Source of the DNA: a virus
Taxonomy: Duplodnaviria; Caudoviricetes
Reading direction: 5' to 3' (one strand)
Length of the DNA stretch: 64,000 nucleotides
IMG/VR virus record: IMGVR_UViG_2919450847_000004
Span: 5,017 to 69,016 of that record
Shown here: positions 19,099-28,278 of the stretch, in pieces
How the letters are laid out: every line of letters begins with the position of its first letter
Numbering within the stretch: position 1 is the stretch's first letter
The notes under the pieces: generated by a model
What the model was told of the DNA's origin: nothing
Seen by the model: only the letters and a program-made list of their open reading frames with translations
Databases searched by the model: none
Translations under genes and position numbers: made by a program

Positions 19099-19716
19099 TC
19101 AGCCCTTGCGGCCGGCGATGAAGGCGGCCTTGCCGGCGACGTCCATCGCGTTGAAGGCGTCCGCTTCGGCCTTGGTGAGCTTCTCGCCGAGATCTAGCAC
19201 GTCCTCGCCCTGCATCACCGAATAAGAACCGCGCCCGGCGTGCACGGCTTTCATTTCGACGGTCGACGTCGTCGCGCCGCCCACAGCCGCCGGCGCCGAG
19301 GGCGGTGTCGGCGTGGCAGGCACGGATGGCGACTGTTCGGTGAGGCCGGCATTGGGATCGATGCCGAGGATGGGAGTCGCTCCCTCCATCTCGCGCACCA
19401 GCTGTTCCTTTGCCGCGCCGACCATCGCCGCATGGACCAGATTTCCGGTCCACGGCGTGCCGGACCGGGCGATGATAGACTTCAACTCCTCATCGGAGGT
19501 CGCGGCGAGCCGCTGGTCGAACGCCGCCACGATGCGGGCATTCAGAGCGGATTGCCCGCCATCATCCTCGGGCGCCGCCTCGATATAGCCGGCATCCCGG
19601 AGGCCGTTGAACACCGTGTCCGGAAAGTTGAGCGTCTGGCCGGCGGAAAGCTGTTCCACCGTCACGCCGTCGGGCGCGAAAGGGAACGGTTTGCGGACGA
19701 TGCCTATTCTCGGCAT
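19099..19716 (-). CDS. Hypothetical protein (head region)
   Basis: 205-aa ORF with RBS in the head operon. Confidence 0.65.
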   Translation of the reverse strand: MPRIGIVRKPFPFAPDGVTVEQLSAGQTLNFPDTVFNGLRDAGYIEAAPEDDGGQSALNARIVAAFDQRLAATSDEELKSIIARSGTPWTGNLVHAAMVGAAKEQLVREMEGATPILGIDPNAGLTEQSPSVPATPTPPSAPAAVGGATTSTVEMKAVHAGRGSYSVMQGEDVLDLGEKLTKAEADAFNAMDVAGKAAFIAGRKG

Positions 19717-19775
19717 GGCAGTGGTCTCCTACAGGTCCCGAAACGTGATGGCGGCGCCCGCGAGCGGCGCCGTGA

Positions 19776-20201
19776 TCAGCTCGGCGGGTTGGACGTGGGG
19801 CGCAGATTGACGGTGCCGAGGAGCCACACCGCCGCAATGAAGGAGTTGCCGGTGTTGTTCGCGGGCGTGATGGTCGCGCGGACATACTGCTTCCCGCCGA
19901 CATAACCGATCTTCCGCACGGCATCGTCCGCGGCGAAGGTGAAGCTGGCCGCTGCGAGCGTGCCGTTCAGCTGGTCGGCCGGCACGGCAGCCGCATCGGA
20001 CAGATTGGCCTGGTCGCCGTGCTCGATGGTGACGGTGAAGGTGGCGTCGGCGTCCGCCAGCGCGCCGGTGATGATCAGCAGCGCGACCGATTCCGCGCCC
20101 TGACGGTTCAGGATCTGGGTGACGACGGCGGTGTTGTCGGCGACGGCGGCAGCCGGCGAAATGGCGCGCTTCGCGTCGATGTTCGAGATCAGGTCCCGCA
20201 T
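19776..20201 (-). CDS. Probable capsid decoration/cement protein
   Basis: Directly after the capsid gene; GALADADATFTV..EHGD...KIGYVGGK.YVR family common in alpha prophages. Confidence 0.65.
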   Translation of the reverse strand: MRDLISNIDAKRAISPAAAVADNTAVVTQILNRQGAESVALLIITGALADADATFTVTIEHGDQANLSDAAAVPADQLNGTLAAASFTFAADDAVRKIGYVGGKQYVRATITPANNTGNSFIAAVWLLGTVNLRPTSNPPS

Positions 20202-20285
20202 GGGCTGGGTCCTCCAATGAGATGATCGGGGATGACGGCGCGCCGATCGTGCCGGCGCGCCAATGCCGGGGACGGGTGACGACCG

Positions 20286-21662
20286 TTAAAGGCCAATCAC
20301 CTGCAGGGCGTAGGCTTCGAAGTCGACGACGTCGCCACCAACACGGGTGCGAGTGTAGAACTCGACGAACGGCTTCGAAGAATACGGGTCGCGCAGCACG
20401 CGGATGCCGAGGCGATCCACGACGGTGTAGCCGGCGCCGAAGTCGCCGAATGCCACCGGCAGCGCGCCAGCGGCGACGCCCGGCATATCGTCCGCGCGGC
20501 GGATCGAATGGCCGAGCAGCATCGAGGGCTGGCCCTCCTGCAGGCCGGGACGCCAGATGTACTGGCCCTGGCTGTCCTTGAAGAGCATCACCGAGGCGAC
20601 GGTGCCGCGCTTCATCAGCCAGTTGGCCCGCGCGAGATAGCGGTCCTTCAGGCTGAACATCAGGTTGACCAGGCCGTCCGGGGTCAGCGCCGTCGCATGG
20701 CCCGACGCCACCTGCATGATGGTGCCGCGCGCGCCGGCACTGCCGGCCGGATAGGTCAGGATGCCGCGCGGCTTCTTGATGCCATTGCCGAGGATGAACG
20801 CCGTCGCCCGCATGCGGGCGAACTTCTCAGCCACCTTGCGGCCCAGCCACGCCTCGATGTCGATGCCCGCATCCTCGAGCAGCTGCTGCGTCGCCCTGGG
20901 CTTAGCATAGAGCTCGTGGACGGGGATGCGCTGCACGCCGACCTGCGGGGTGCTGGTCTCCGGGCGCGCCTCGGTCTCTCCGACCCAACCGGCGCCGGCC
21001 TCGTCGGTGTCGATCGGGATCTCCAGCGCATCGGTCGACACCGTCTCATGCGTGGCGAGTTCGTCGATCGGCGACGTCTCGTAGACCTTGGTGATGATGC
21101 GCGAGGACGTCGACGTCGGGACGAGAAAGCCGCCGTCCGGATCTGAGCCCACCATCAGGGCCTTGTATTCGTCGGGCGACAGGCCCTTCTCGTCGCGGCG
21201 CAGCAGCGTCGGCCACATGTCGGCATAGGCCTTGTACTCGTCGCGATTGACGGTCTCCGGCGTCAGCACGGTGGTGGACTTGAGCTCGCCGCGGCGGGAC
21301 AGCGCGACGCGCTTGAAGGCGATGGCATCGTCCAGCAGTTTCTGGCCGATGTCGCCGCCGGCGCCGGGTCGGTTCAGCTTCTTCTCGATATCATCGAGAC
21401 GCTCGGCGCCGGCCTTCGCCTCTTCGATGATCTTCTTGACCTGGGTCTCGATCGCATCGTGCTTGGCAACGATACCGGTGGTGAGCGCCTCGAGGTCCTT
21501 CTTGAACTGCGGGCTCTCCAGCAGCTTGGCGCCGGCCTTCTCGGCGAGGTCGCGGACCTCCTTGAGGTCCTTTTCCATGGTCGACTTGAGACCGGCGACG
21601 TCGTCGCCAAATTTCTTCACTTCGCGCTGAACATCCTTCAGCACGTCATCGAGTTCGGGCAT
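20286..21662 (-). CDS. HK97-fold major capsid protein
   Basis: N-terminal coiled-coil delta domain, DGGFLVP, FILGNG.KKPRGIL, WLM, FGDF, RVGG. Confidence 0.96.
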   Translation of the reverse strand: MPELDDVLKDVQREVKKFGDDVAGLKSTMEKDLKEVRDLAEKAGAKLLESPQFKKDLEALTTGIVAKHDAIETQVKKIIEEAKAGAERLDDIEKKLNRPGAGGDIGQKLLDDAIAFKRVALSRRGELKSTTVLTPETVNRDEYKAYADMWPTLLRRDEKGLSPDEYKALMVGSDPDGGFLVPTSTSSRIITKVYETSPIDELATHETVSTDALEIPIDTDEAGAGWVGETEARPETSTPQVGVQRIPVHELYAKPRATQQLLEDAGIDIEAWLGRKVAEKFARMRATAFILGNGIKKPRGILTYPAGSAGARGTIMQVASGHATALTPDGLVNLMFSLKDRYLARANWLMKRGTVASVMLFKDSQGQYIWRPGLQEGQPSMLLGHSIRRADDMPGVAAGALPVAFGDFGAGYTVVDRLGIRVLRDPYSSKPFVEFYTRTRVGGDVVDFEAYALQVIGL

Positions 21663-21683
21663 GTCGCCCTCCTGTGAGGTGGG

Positions 21684-22412
21684 TTATCGGATCCGGCTGC
21701 TGGTGGAGCGGATTTGCTCCAGCAGGTCATCCAGGCTCTTGCTCGCCCCAGCCTCACGCTGTGCGATGCGCGCCACCCGCGAGACGAGCGCGGTGGCGGT
21801 CTTCCGAGAGAAGCCGCCTGCCTCGCGCAGGAACTTCTCGACGTCGGAAAGGGTGGCGAGATCGTCGATGTCGGATTTCACCGCATCGACGAGGGCGACC
21901 GGGTTCATGCCGAACAGCACGACGCTCACTTCCATGAGATCGAGGCGCTTGATCGTGCGGTAAGGCTCGTCCGGCTTGGTGCCGAGAGTGAATTCCTTGG
22001 CGCGATAGCCGATCGACAGGCCGTCGAGCTCTCCTTCGCGCATGGCGGCATAGATCATCTTGCCGCGTTCGCTCTCGGTGAAGAGCCGTCCCTCGACCCG
22101 AAGGCCGGTTTCGTCCTCCGACATCTTCGTCCACTTGCCGATCGGCACCATGTCGTTGGCGGAGCCGGCCCAGCCGCCGCCATGCTGGAGCAGCATCTTC
22201 GGCAGCTTGTTCTTGGCGGACCATTCCTTGAGCGTCGCGCGGAAAGCGCCGCGCTTGATGACGTCGCCGCCATAGTCCTCGATGTCGAATATCGAGCCAT
22301 ACCCAGAGAATGTGCCGTCTTGGGCGTTCTCGGCGAACTTCACCTCGAATCCGACACTGAGACGGCCCGGGGCCTGGCCGTCCGACTTCGCTTCGATCGG
22401 CTCAAGCGTCAT
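21684..22412 (-). CDS. HK97-type prohead protease
   Basis: GTFSGYGSIF...GDVI..GAF, LLQH, GLSIGY, LMEVSVV..GMNP. Confidence 0.95.
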   Translation of the reverse strand: MTLEPIEAKSDGQAPGRLSVGFEVKFAENAQDGTFSGYGSIFDIEDYGGDVIKRGAFRATLKEWSAKNKLPKMLLQHGGGWAGSANDMVPIGKWTKMSEDETGLRVEGRLFTESERGKMIYAAMREGELDGLSIGYRAKEFTLGTKPDEPYRTIKRLDLMEVSVVLFGMNPVALVDAVKSDIDDLATLSDVEKFLREAGGFSRKTATALVSRVARIAQREAGASKSLDDLLEQIRSTSSRIR

Positions 22413-23676
22413 TGCTCGGTTTCCCAGTTTCAGACTTGGCGGGCATGATCGGCGTGCCGTCGGCCTGCACGACGGCGAAATTGCCCGGCATGATCGGCCG
22501 GTCGAGGCCGGCAACATACGGCAGGTCCTCGAAGCGCCGGGCGTCGGAGCGCAGCATCCATCCGGCGTCGATGCCGGATTTGTAGAACTCGGACCGGGCC
22601 TTATGGTCGCCGCGCAGCAGTTCCGTATCGACGAACCCCATGTAGCGGCCGGCCTGCCTCTCCTTTTTGGTCAGCAGCCAGCGATCGGCGCTGGATTCCA
22701 GCCGGCGGTGCCACGGTCGGACCGTGTACGTCACATGGGCAAGGAAGAGCTGCTCGGACGAAGCGAAGGTTGCGTTCTTGTCACCGGTGTAGCCCACCAT
22801 GATCGGCAGCACGCCCATCGCCCGGCACACCTCCTCGATCTGGAAGCCGCGCGTCTGCAGATGCTGGGCATCGACGCCGGACATTTGCTGCGACTGCCAC
22901 TTGGCGGCCCGATCCAGGATGAGCGTGCGCCCTGTATTCCGGACCCCGCTGTAATGGGCCTCGATCCATTTGCGGTAGACCTTGAGCTGAGCTTCCTCGA
23001 GCGGGCCGTCGACGGAGAGAACGCCGCTCGGCCGGGCGCCGTTGACGTGCATCCGGGCGTGGCTCGCCTCGGTCGAGATTGCCAGCCCCAGCGCCTCACG
23101 TGCCAGGCGCAGGGTTTCCAGCCCCATATAGCCGTTCCAGGCGCGCGCCTTGATGTGCCAGATGGCGCCGGCCGGGAACACCTGCCGCTCACCATCTGGC
23201 GCCGTCACGGTATAGCTCAGCGTCCAATCTCGGTTCTGCGTCACCTCCACCCGGCCAGGCTCGAAGGGAATGAGCTCGGCTATGTCACCACGAACGCGGT
23301 TCACGAAGACATAGGCGTTCTGGCACAGGGCAAGGTGCAGGCCGATGGTTTCGCGAAACTCGAAGCCGGACTGCCATTCGTTCGGCTCGGTCGACATGAT
23401 GTCGGTTAGTGCGTGCGCCTGGTCCTCCCGACGCTCTACCCGATTGTCGACGGTGACCTTCTGATAGACCTTGAACGGAACTGAGCAGATGCCCTCGGCG
23501 ATGATCGTCGCGCAGCGCAGGGCAGTCGTGACTTCCAGGGCGCGCTTCCACGTCACCGAAACTCCGGATTGCGACTGGTGGCCGCCGAATAGGTCGCGCC
23601 ACACATCCTCCGCAGAACCGTAGGAGCTGTGGTCCTTCTGCTCGGCACCGAAGAGCGTCGACAGGATCCCGCGCAT
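22402..23676 (-). CDS. Portal protein (HK97 family)
   Basis: IAEGI.SVPFKVY, EPNEWQSGFEFRE, NGARPSGVL, EEVCRAMGV.P. Confidence 0.95.
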   Translation of the reverse strand: MRGILSTLFGAEQKDHSSYGSAEDVWRDLFGGHQSQSGVSVTWKRALEVTTALRCATIIAEGICSVPFKVYQKVTVDNRVERREDQAHALTDIMSTEPNEWQSGFEFRETIGLHLALCQNAYVFVNRVRGDIAELIPFEPGRVEVTQNRDWTLSYTVTAPDGERQVFPAGAIWHIKARAWNGYMGLETLRLAREALGLAISTEASHARMHVNGARPSGVLSVDGPLEEAQLKVYRKWIEAHYSGVRNTGRTLILDRAAKWQSQQMSGVDAQHLQTRGFQIEEVCRAMGVLPIMVGYTGDKNATFASSEQLFLAHVTYTVRPWHRRLESSADRWLLTKKERQAGRYMGFVDTELLRGDHKARSEFYKSGIDAGWMLRSDARRFEDLPYVAGLDRPIMPGNFAVVQADGTPIMPAKSETGKPSNDA

Positions 23677-23819
23677 CAGAACCGCCTCGCGCCGCGGATC
23701 GCCAGGCCGATCAGTGCGAGGCCGCCGGCGATGCAGGCGGATGGCACGTGCATCATGGCGATCCCACCAACAACCAGACCGGCGCCCGATAGGCCGACGA
23801 TGTCCCACAGGAACGACAT
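23676..23819 (-). CDS. Small two-TM protein between terminase and portal
   Basis: 47 aa, almost entirely hydrophobic; coupled to the portal start. Confidence 0.65.
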   Translation of the reverse strand: MSFLWDIVGLSGAGLVVGGIAMMHVPSACIAGGLALIGLAIRGARRF

Positions 23820-23854
23820 GGTGGCGAGGCGGCGCGGAGAGGGTTCGGCCATGG

Positions 23855-25741
23855 TCACTCCGCATCGTCGGCAAGCAGGCGATCGACGGCATCTTCCGAA
23901 TCCGCGAACGATTTGCCTGGCAGCTTCAACTCGGTATCGGCGGCGCCGACGGCCATGGCGATGGTGACAAGGCCGTCGATACGCCCGCGCGAGCGTGCCT
24001 TGTCGAAGGCCCTGTTGTTCTGACCGTCGCTGTCCAGTTGCGCGTTAGCGGCGCACGATGTGGTGACCGGCGACTGCTCGATGACGATCGTGCCGGACAG
24101 GATCCGGTCCTCAAGGCGCTCCACCGAGCGCGGCATGCACAACTGCTTGTCTTCGAACATGACGCGCTTGCCCTGAGCATGCTGGACAAGCATCAGTCCG
24201 CGGCCTCTCGGTTTGTTCGGCCCCTTCCAGCGCCATACAGGAAAGCCGATATCGAGGCAGGCCTGTTCGAAGTCCTCCATCTTCGCCGCGTCGAAGGCGA
24301 GGAACTGCACATCGTGCTCGGCGCAGAGGCGGCGCACCTCTGCGGCGACGAAGGTCTTGTCGATGATCGGCGCGTCCACGGCCGTCAGGAACTCGGCTTC
24401 GACCCACTCTTCATAGGGCGCCTGGTCCTCGCGTGCGCGGTCGGCGAGGCCCCGCTTGCGCGTCCAGTACCAGGTCTTTGCGAACAACAGCCCGTCATCG
24501 TCGATCCACACCGCCGTCAGGGCGGTGAAATCGTTCTTGTCGGACAGATCGAGCGCGAGCCAGCAGCGGTAACGACGCAATGCGGGAACGTCGACGACTC
24601 CTTGAACCTCCTGCCAGGCATCTTCGGCGATCCAGAAATCCGTCGCGCCGATCGGGATGCCGAAGTACAGCCGCTTCACGGACATTGCCGTGGACAGCAG
24701 CTGCTTCGCCGTCGCAACCATCCCCTCGATGTTTTCGCGAGGGAACGTCACGCCGAGGGCCGGCAACGATTTCGGCCAGCAATCGGGATTGTCGAAAACA
24801 GTCTCCCGATCCGCCTTGTCGACGCGGGCGATGAAGGCGAAGGCCTCATCATCGCGGAACTCGCCGCGCGCGACCTTCTGGTAGAACTCGCTGTATTCCG
24901 TCCCGACGATCTGGTTGGTACTCGGCGTGTTGGTGCCAAGGATCATGATCGCATCGCCCGGCATCTTGCCGATGGCGTTCTTCCAAATCTCGATCGACGT
25001 ATTGCGCTTGAACTCGTGGATTTCGTCCGCCAGCACCGCGATCGGTCGAGGGCCGGAGATGGCCTCGCCATTGGCCAGCGACAGGAACTTCGAACCCGTG
25101 GCCGGATGCTCGATCTTCCACGCATTGTCCCCTTCGCCACGGATGACAACGCCCCCCTCCTCCTGATTTTCCAGGGTGTCGTCTTCGTCCTCTCCCGGCG
25201 GAATCGGCGCCCGGCACATCGCGACGGCATCCTTGAACAGGACGTTCGCCGTGTTCTTGTCCTGGCCGATGGCGAAGACCTCGGCGCGCGGCACGCCGTA
25301 CCAGCCCATGAGATAGAGGCCGATCGCCGCCATGAACGGCGATTTCGCCTGCCCCTTACCTGTCTCAAGCCAGGCAGACCGGAACCTCATCCGGCCGCTG
25401 GCCTTGCGCCAGCCGAAGATGCTACCGCCACAGAACACATGCCATGGCAGAGGGTGGAACGGCTTCCCCGCCGCGGTCCCGGCCGTCACGCTCAGCATGG
25501 CGGGGAAAAAGCCCAGCGCGTGCGCCGCCTTATCCGGTCGCCAGATCAGCCCCCGCTTTTCGCCGTCCCGCAGGTCTCGCAGGTGCCGCTCCGCAGCGCC
25601 GCCGACCAGTTCGCCGGCGACTATTCGGCCGGCGAGGACATCGCGGGCCCAATCCGTCGTCGGATCATTTGACCTGACGGAGGTAGCTGTCCGCCGCGCG
25701 CGGGGCTTTTTTGGCACGCTGCACCTTCTGCGCCTTGCCAC
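23855..25741 (-). CDS. terL: Terminase large subunit (exact start uncertain)
   Basis: GKGQAKSP Walker A, ADEIHE Walker B, LDLSDKNDFTA and RIDG nuclease motifs. Confidence 0.95.
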   Translation of the reverse strand: MARRRRCSVPKKPRARRTATSVRSNDPTTDWARDVLAGRIVAGELVGGAAERHLRDLRDGEKRGLIWRPDKAAHALGFFPAMLSVTAGTAAGKPFHPLPWHVFCGGSIFGWRKASGRMRFRSAWLETGKGQAKSPFMAAIGLYLMGWYGVPRAEVFAIGQDKNTANVLFKDAVAMCRAPIPPGEDEDDTLENQEEGGVVIRGEGDNAWKIEHPATGSKFLSLANGEAISGPRPIAVLADEIHEFKRNTSIEIWKNAIGKMPGDAIMILGTNTPSTNQIVGTEYSEFYQKVARGEFRDDEAFAFIARVDKADRETVFDNPDCWPKSLPALGVTFPRENIEGMVATAKQLLSTAMSVKRLYFGIPIGATDFWIAEDAWQEVQGVVDVPALRRYRCWLALDLSDKNDFTALTAVWIDDDGLLFAKTWYWTRKRGLADRAREDQAPYEEWVEAEFLTAVDAPIIDKTFVAAEVRRLCAEHDVQFLAFDAAKMEDFEQACLDIGFPVWRWKGPNKPRGRGLMLVQHAQGKRVMFEDKQLCMPRSVERLEDRILSGTIVIEQSPVTTSCAANAQLDSDGQNNRAFDKARSRGRIDGLVTIAMAVGAADTELKLPGKSFADSEDAVDRLLADDAE

Positions 25742-26090
25742 GCCGGACAGGAGAAATGCCGAGCTCGATTTCGAGCACGCGGATTTCCTCGCCCGCCTGG
25801 CGCATCACGGTCCAATAGGGGCTTGGCATGGGCACTTTCGAGCGACGAGCCTTCTGGATCGTCCCCATCTCGCAGACCTGCCGCGAGGCGCGCTCATATT
25901 GGACGCTGAAATCCACCAGGCGGCGGATCGCGTGATCGTTCGCGAGAACCAGCGTCCCCGCTTCCTGCATCTCGCGGACAACGATCGCCCAACGATCACG
26001 AGCGATCGCGATATCGAGCTCGTCGGTGAACAGCGACGTCCAGTCGGGCTCGGGCGGCGCGCCGTCTATGGAGGTAAACGTCATCCTCAC
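25665..26090 (-). CDS. terS: Terminase small subunit, P27 family
   Basis: RWAIVVREM..AGTL...PYWTVMRQA...LEIELGISPVRRGK. Confidence 0.85.
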   Translation of the reverse strand: MRMTFTSIDGAPPEPDWTSLFTDELDIAIARDRWAIVVREMQEAGTLVLANDHAIRRLVDFSVQYERASRQVCEMGTIQKARRSKVPMPSPYWTVMRQAGEEIRVLEIELGISPVRRGKAQKVQRAKKAPRAADSYLRQVK

Positions 26091-26222
26091 CCCCTATGGG
26101 GGTGGCCGATACCCCCCTTCCAAAATCTGCTCGCAGTGCGAATGAAGGCCCCGGACGGTCAGGGCCCCGATCCCCCCGAAGATCGGACCCTCCCCCCTTC
26201 GTGGCTGCCTGCGGCCTGCCGG
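26091..26222. other. Probable cos/packaging initiation region
   Basis: Non-coding G/C-run segment between HNH and P27 terS, where cos usually lies in HNH-assisted cos phages; exact cut site not determinable. Confidence 0.55.
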
Positions 26223-26552
26223 TCAGGGCCGGCGGCGGTTCCACGGGTGCGCCGGGTCACGCGGTCGACCGCGTTCGTCGGTGCCCTGCACGAACAGCGC
26301 GCCACCCCCGCGCCGGGCACCGCCAGCCGTTTCCTTCACCTTGCGGTCGTGGTTGCCGCACAGCGTGCGGGTGTTGGACAACACATCGAATGACGTCGGA
26401 TGATCAACGTTTGGCCGTGTCTGGATGTGGTCGCAGACGATACTCTCGCGAGAGCCGCAGCCCGGCACGACGCACCGCCAGCCATCCCGCTCATGTGTCG
26501 CGCGCTTCAGAGCCCGCCAATGAGGGGTGCCGTAGTAGCTGTTTCGTGCCAT
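26223..26552 (-). CDS. HNH endonuclease (HK97 gp74-like terminase cofactor)
   Basis: CVVPGC...VCDHI...NTRTLCGNH; adjacent to terS. Confidence 0.9.
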   Translation of the reverse strand: MARNSYYGTPHWRALKRATHERDGWRCVVPGCGSRESIVCDHIQTRPNVDHPTSFDVLSNTRTLCGNHDRKVKETAGGARRGGGALFVQGTDERGRPRDPAHPWNRRRP

Positions 26553-26575
26553 GAAATGCACTGAATATCTCTATT

Positions 26576-26609
26576 AGCGATTGACAAGATTATCGCTTTA
26601 TGCGATATT
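26576..26609 (+). promoter_or_regulatory. TA promoter with overlapping palindromic operator
   Basis: TTGACA (26581-26586), N17, GATATT; AGCGAT-N10-ATCGCT at 26576-26597. Confidence 0.65.
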
Positions 26610-26615
26610 TACCTC

Positions 26616-26864
26616 ATGAAACAGGTCGCTTACACCTCCACCGCAGCGAAGGCCCTCAAGCGCCACGGCAACCGGGCCGCTGCGATCCGCGCCAAGGTCG
26701 CACAGTACGCCGCCGACCCGGCCTCGCTGGCGAACAACGTCATCATCCTCACGGGTGTTGAGGCGCGGCGGCTGCGGGTGGGCGACTTCCGGGTGATCTT
26801 CACCGAAACCGCCACCACCGTTACCGTGCTCGATATCGGCCCGCGTGGCGGCATCTACGACTGA
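26616..26864 (+). CDS. RelE/ParE (HigB-like) toxin
   Basis: 82 aa; YTSTAAKALK...RRLRVGDFRVIF...VLDIGPRGGIY. Confidence 0.9.
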   Translation: MKQVAYTSTAAKALKRHGNRAAAIRAKVAQYAADPASLANNVIILTGVEARRLRVGDFRVIFTETATTVTVLDIGPRGGIYD

Positions 26865-26879
26865 GAGGGACAGGAACCA

Positions 26880-27263
26880 ATGACCGCCATCATGACCAAG
26901 AGCCCGGCCGGCGAGGACATCGTGATCCTCTCCCGCCCCGAATATGACGCCCTTGTTGCCGCCAGCGAGGATGCCGCCGACGCCCGCGCCGCTGGCGCCG
27001 TGCTCTCCCGCATCGAGGCCGGCACCGAGGCGCTGATCGCCGACGAGGATATGGACGCCTATCTCGCCGCCGCTACCCCGCTCGCCTTCTGGCGCAAGAA
27101 GCGCGGCCTGACCCAAGCCGCGCTGGCCAGCGCCACCGGCGTGGGTCAAGGCTTCCTCTCTGAGATCGAGAGCGGCAAGAAGACGGGCGATGTTGCCACG
27201 CTGAAGAAGATCGCCAATGCGCTCGGCCTGCGGATAGATGACATCGTCGCGGAAAATGAATGA
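26880..27263 (+). CDS. XRE-HTH antitoxin (HigA-like)
   Basis: Acidic N-terminus (VILSRPEYDAL...EDAAD); C-terminal HTH WRKKRGLTQAALA...GQGFLSEIESGKK. Confidence 0.9.
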   Translation: MTAIMTKSPAGEDIVILSRPEYDALVAASEDAADARAAGAVLSRIEAGTEALIADEDMDAYLAAATPLAFWRKKRGLTQAALASATGVGQGFLSEIESGKKTGDVATLKKIANALGLRIDDIVAENE

Positions 27264-27467
27264 CCGGGCCGGGCAAACCCGGCTTAGGCGTGGCGTTCCG
27301 GCTCCTGTGCACTCGGAGGCGGTTCACACAGGTTTGCGCCGTTGACCCGCGCCGAATACGGGTGCGGACCTGTGCCGTTTCGCTGCGTCAGTCGGGGGCT
27401 TTGCGTCTCCGCGTGCCCTTCCACGTCGCCGGTCAACTATGAAGCCAAGAGCATCGGAGCTCCTGCC

Positions 27468-27508
27468 CAACAACAAAACGCCCGGCAAGCCATCTGGCCA
27501 CCGGGCGT
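27468..27508 (-). terminator. tR'-like intrinsic terminator of the late leader
   Basis: Minus strand ACGCCCGG-N15-CCGGGCGT followed by TTTGTTGTTG. Confidence 0.7.
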
Positions 27509-27538
27509 AATTCGCTGCGATCATGAATTTCGTCGGCA

Positions 27539-27567
27539 ATTACGACTGATTCACCCGCTTTTGTCCA
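27539..27567 (-). promoter_or_regulatory. Putative late (pR'-like) promoter
   Basis: Minus strand TGGACA-N17-CGTAAT overlapping the last codons of the upstream regulator gene. Confidence 0.55.
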
Positions 27568-28264
27568 GCGCTGGTTCCGGGTCCGACGCGTCGTGCGCCA
27601 CAATATTCACGATTCGCTCCTCATGCGGCCACACCGGCCTATCGTATCGGTGCCCCGCCACGCGGACGGGGAGTTCCTCGTCTGCCTTGGGCGGCGACCG
27701 CAGGCGCCAGAACCGCGCCAGCGCCGACAGGCCCTCTTTCAGCACGATGAGCTCGGCCTCGCCGCCTATGGGGCAATCATAGAGCACGACGGCTTCCAGC
27801 GTCCGGAACACGGCACGGTGATCAGACGTCCCTCGGAGGATGTTCATCGCCGAGCCGTGGTGACCGAGCACGCGCTCGCGCCGTTCCTCTTCGGTTTCCG
27901 GACGCTCCGCCGCTCCGACGTCGCCGTCACGGTCACCTCGGTCACCCGCCGCCATCGTGCCCAGGACCGTTGTGGTGGTGATCGGCGTGGCCATGATCTG
28001 GTGGAATTCCCCGATCAGCCGAAACCACCGCTCCGCCGCCCAATATTCCGCCTCGTCGATCCGGCCGGTCATGAACAGCCGGCCGATGGCGGTGGCGGCG
28101 CGCTGGTCCATTCGACGGTCCTTGCCGAGCCCGGCGCGATGCGGCTGGCTCATGACGACGGACCGGACATCGCCGAGACCGCGCTTCGCCCGCTCGTCGG
28201 TGGATTCGGAGAGCTTTCCGCTCGGCGTCCTCTTGCCCATCTTGCGCTTCCGACCCTTGGCCAT
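27551..28264 (-). CDS. Putative late-gene activator/antiterminator (Q-position protein)
   Basis: Last early gene before the late promoter; basic N-terminus GRKRK.GKRTPSGKLS; function inferred from position only. Confidence 0.55.
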   Translation of the reverse strand: MAKGRKRKMGKRTPSGKLSESTDERAKRGLGDVRSVVMSQPHRAGLGKDRRMDQRAATAIGRLFMTGRIDEAEYWAAERWFRLIGEFHQIMATPITTTTVLGTMAAGDRGDRDGDVGAAERPETEEERRERVLGHHGSAMNILRGTSDHRAVFRTLEAVVLYDCPIGGEAELIVLKEGLSALARFWRLRSPPKADEELPVRVAGHRYDRPVWPHEERIVNIVAHDASDPEPALDKSG

Positions 28265-28278
28265 CGAACTCCCCCACA

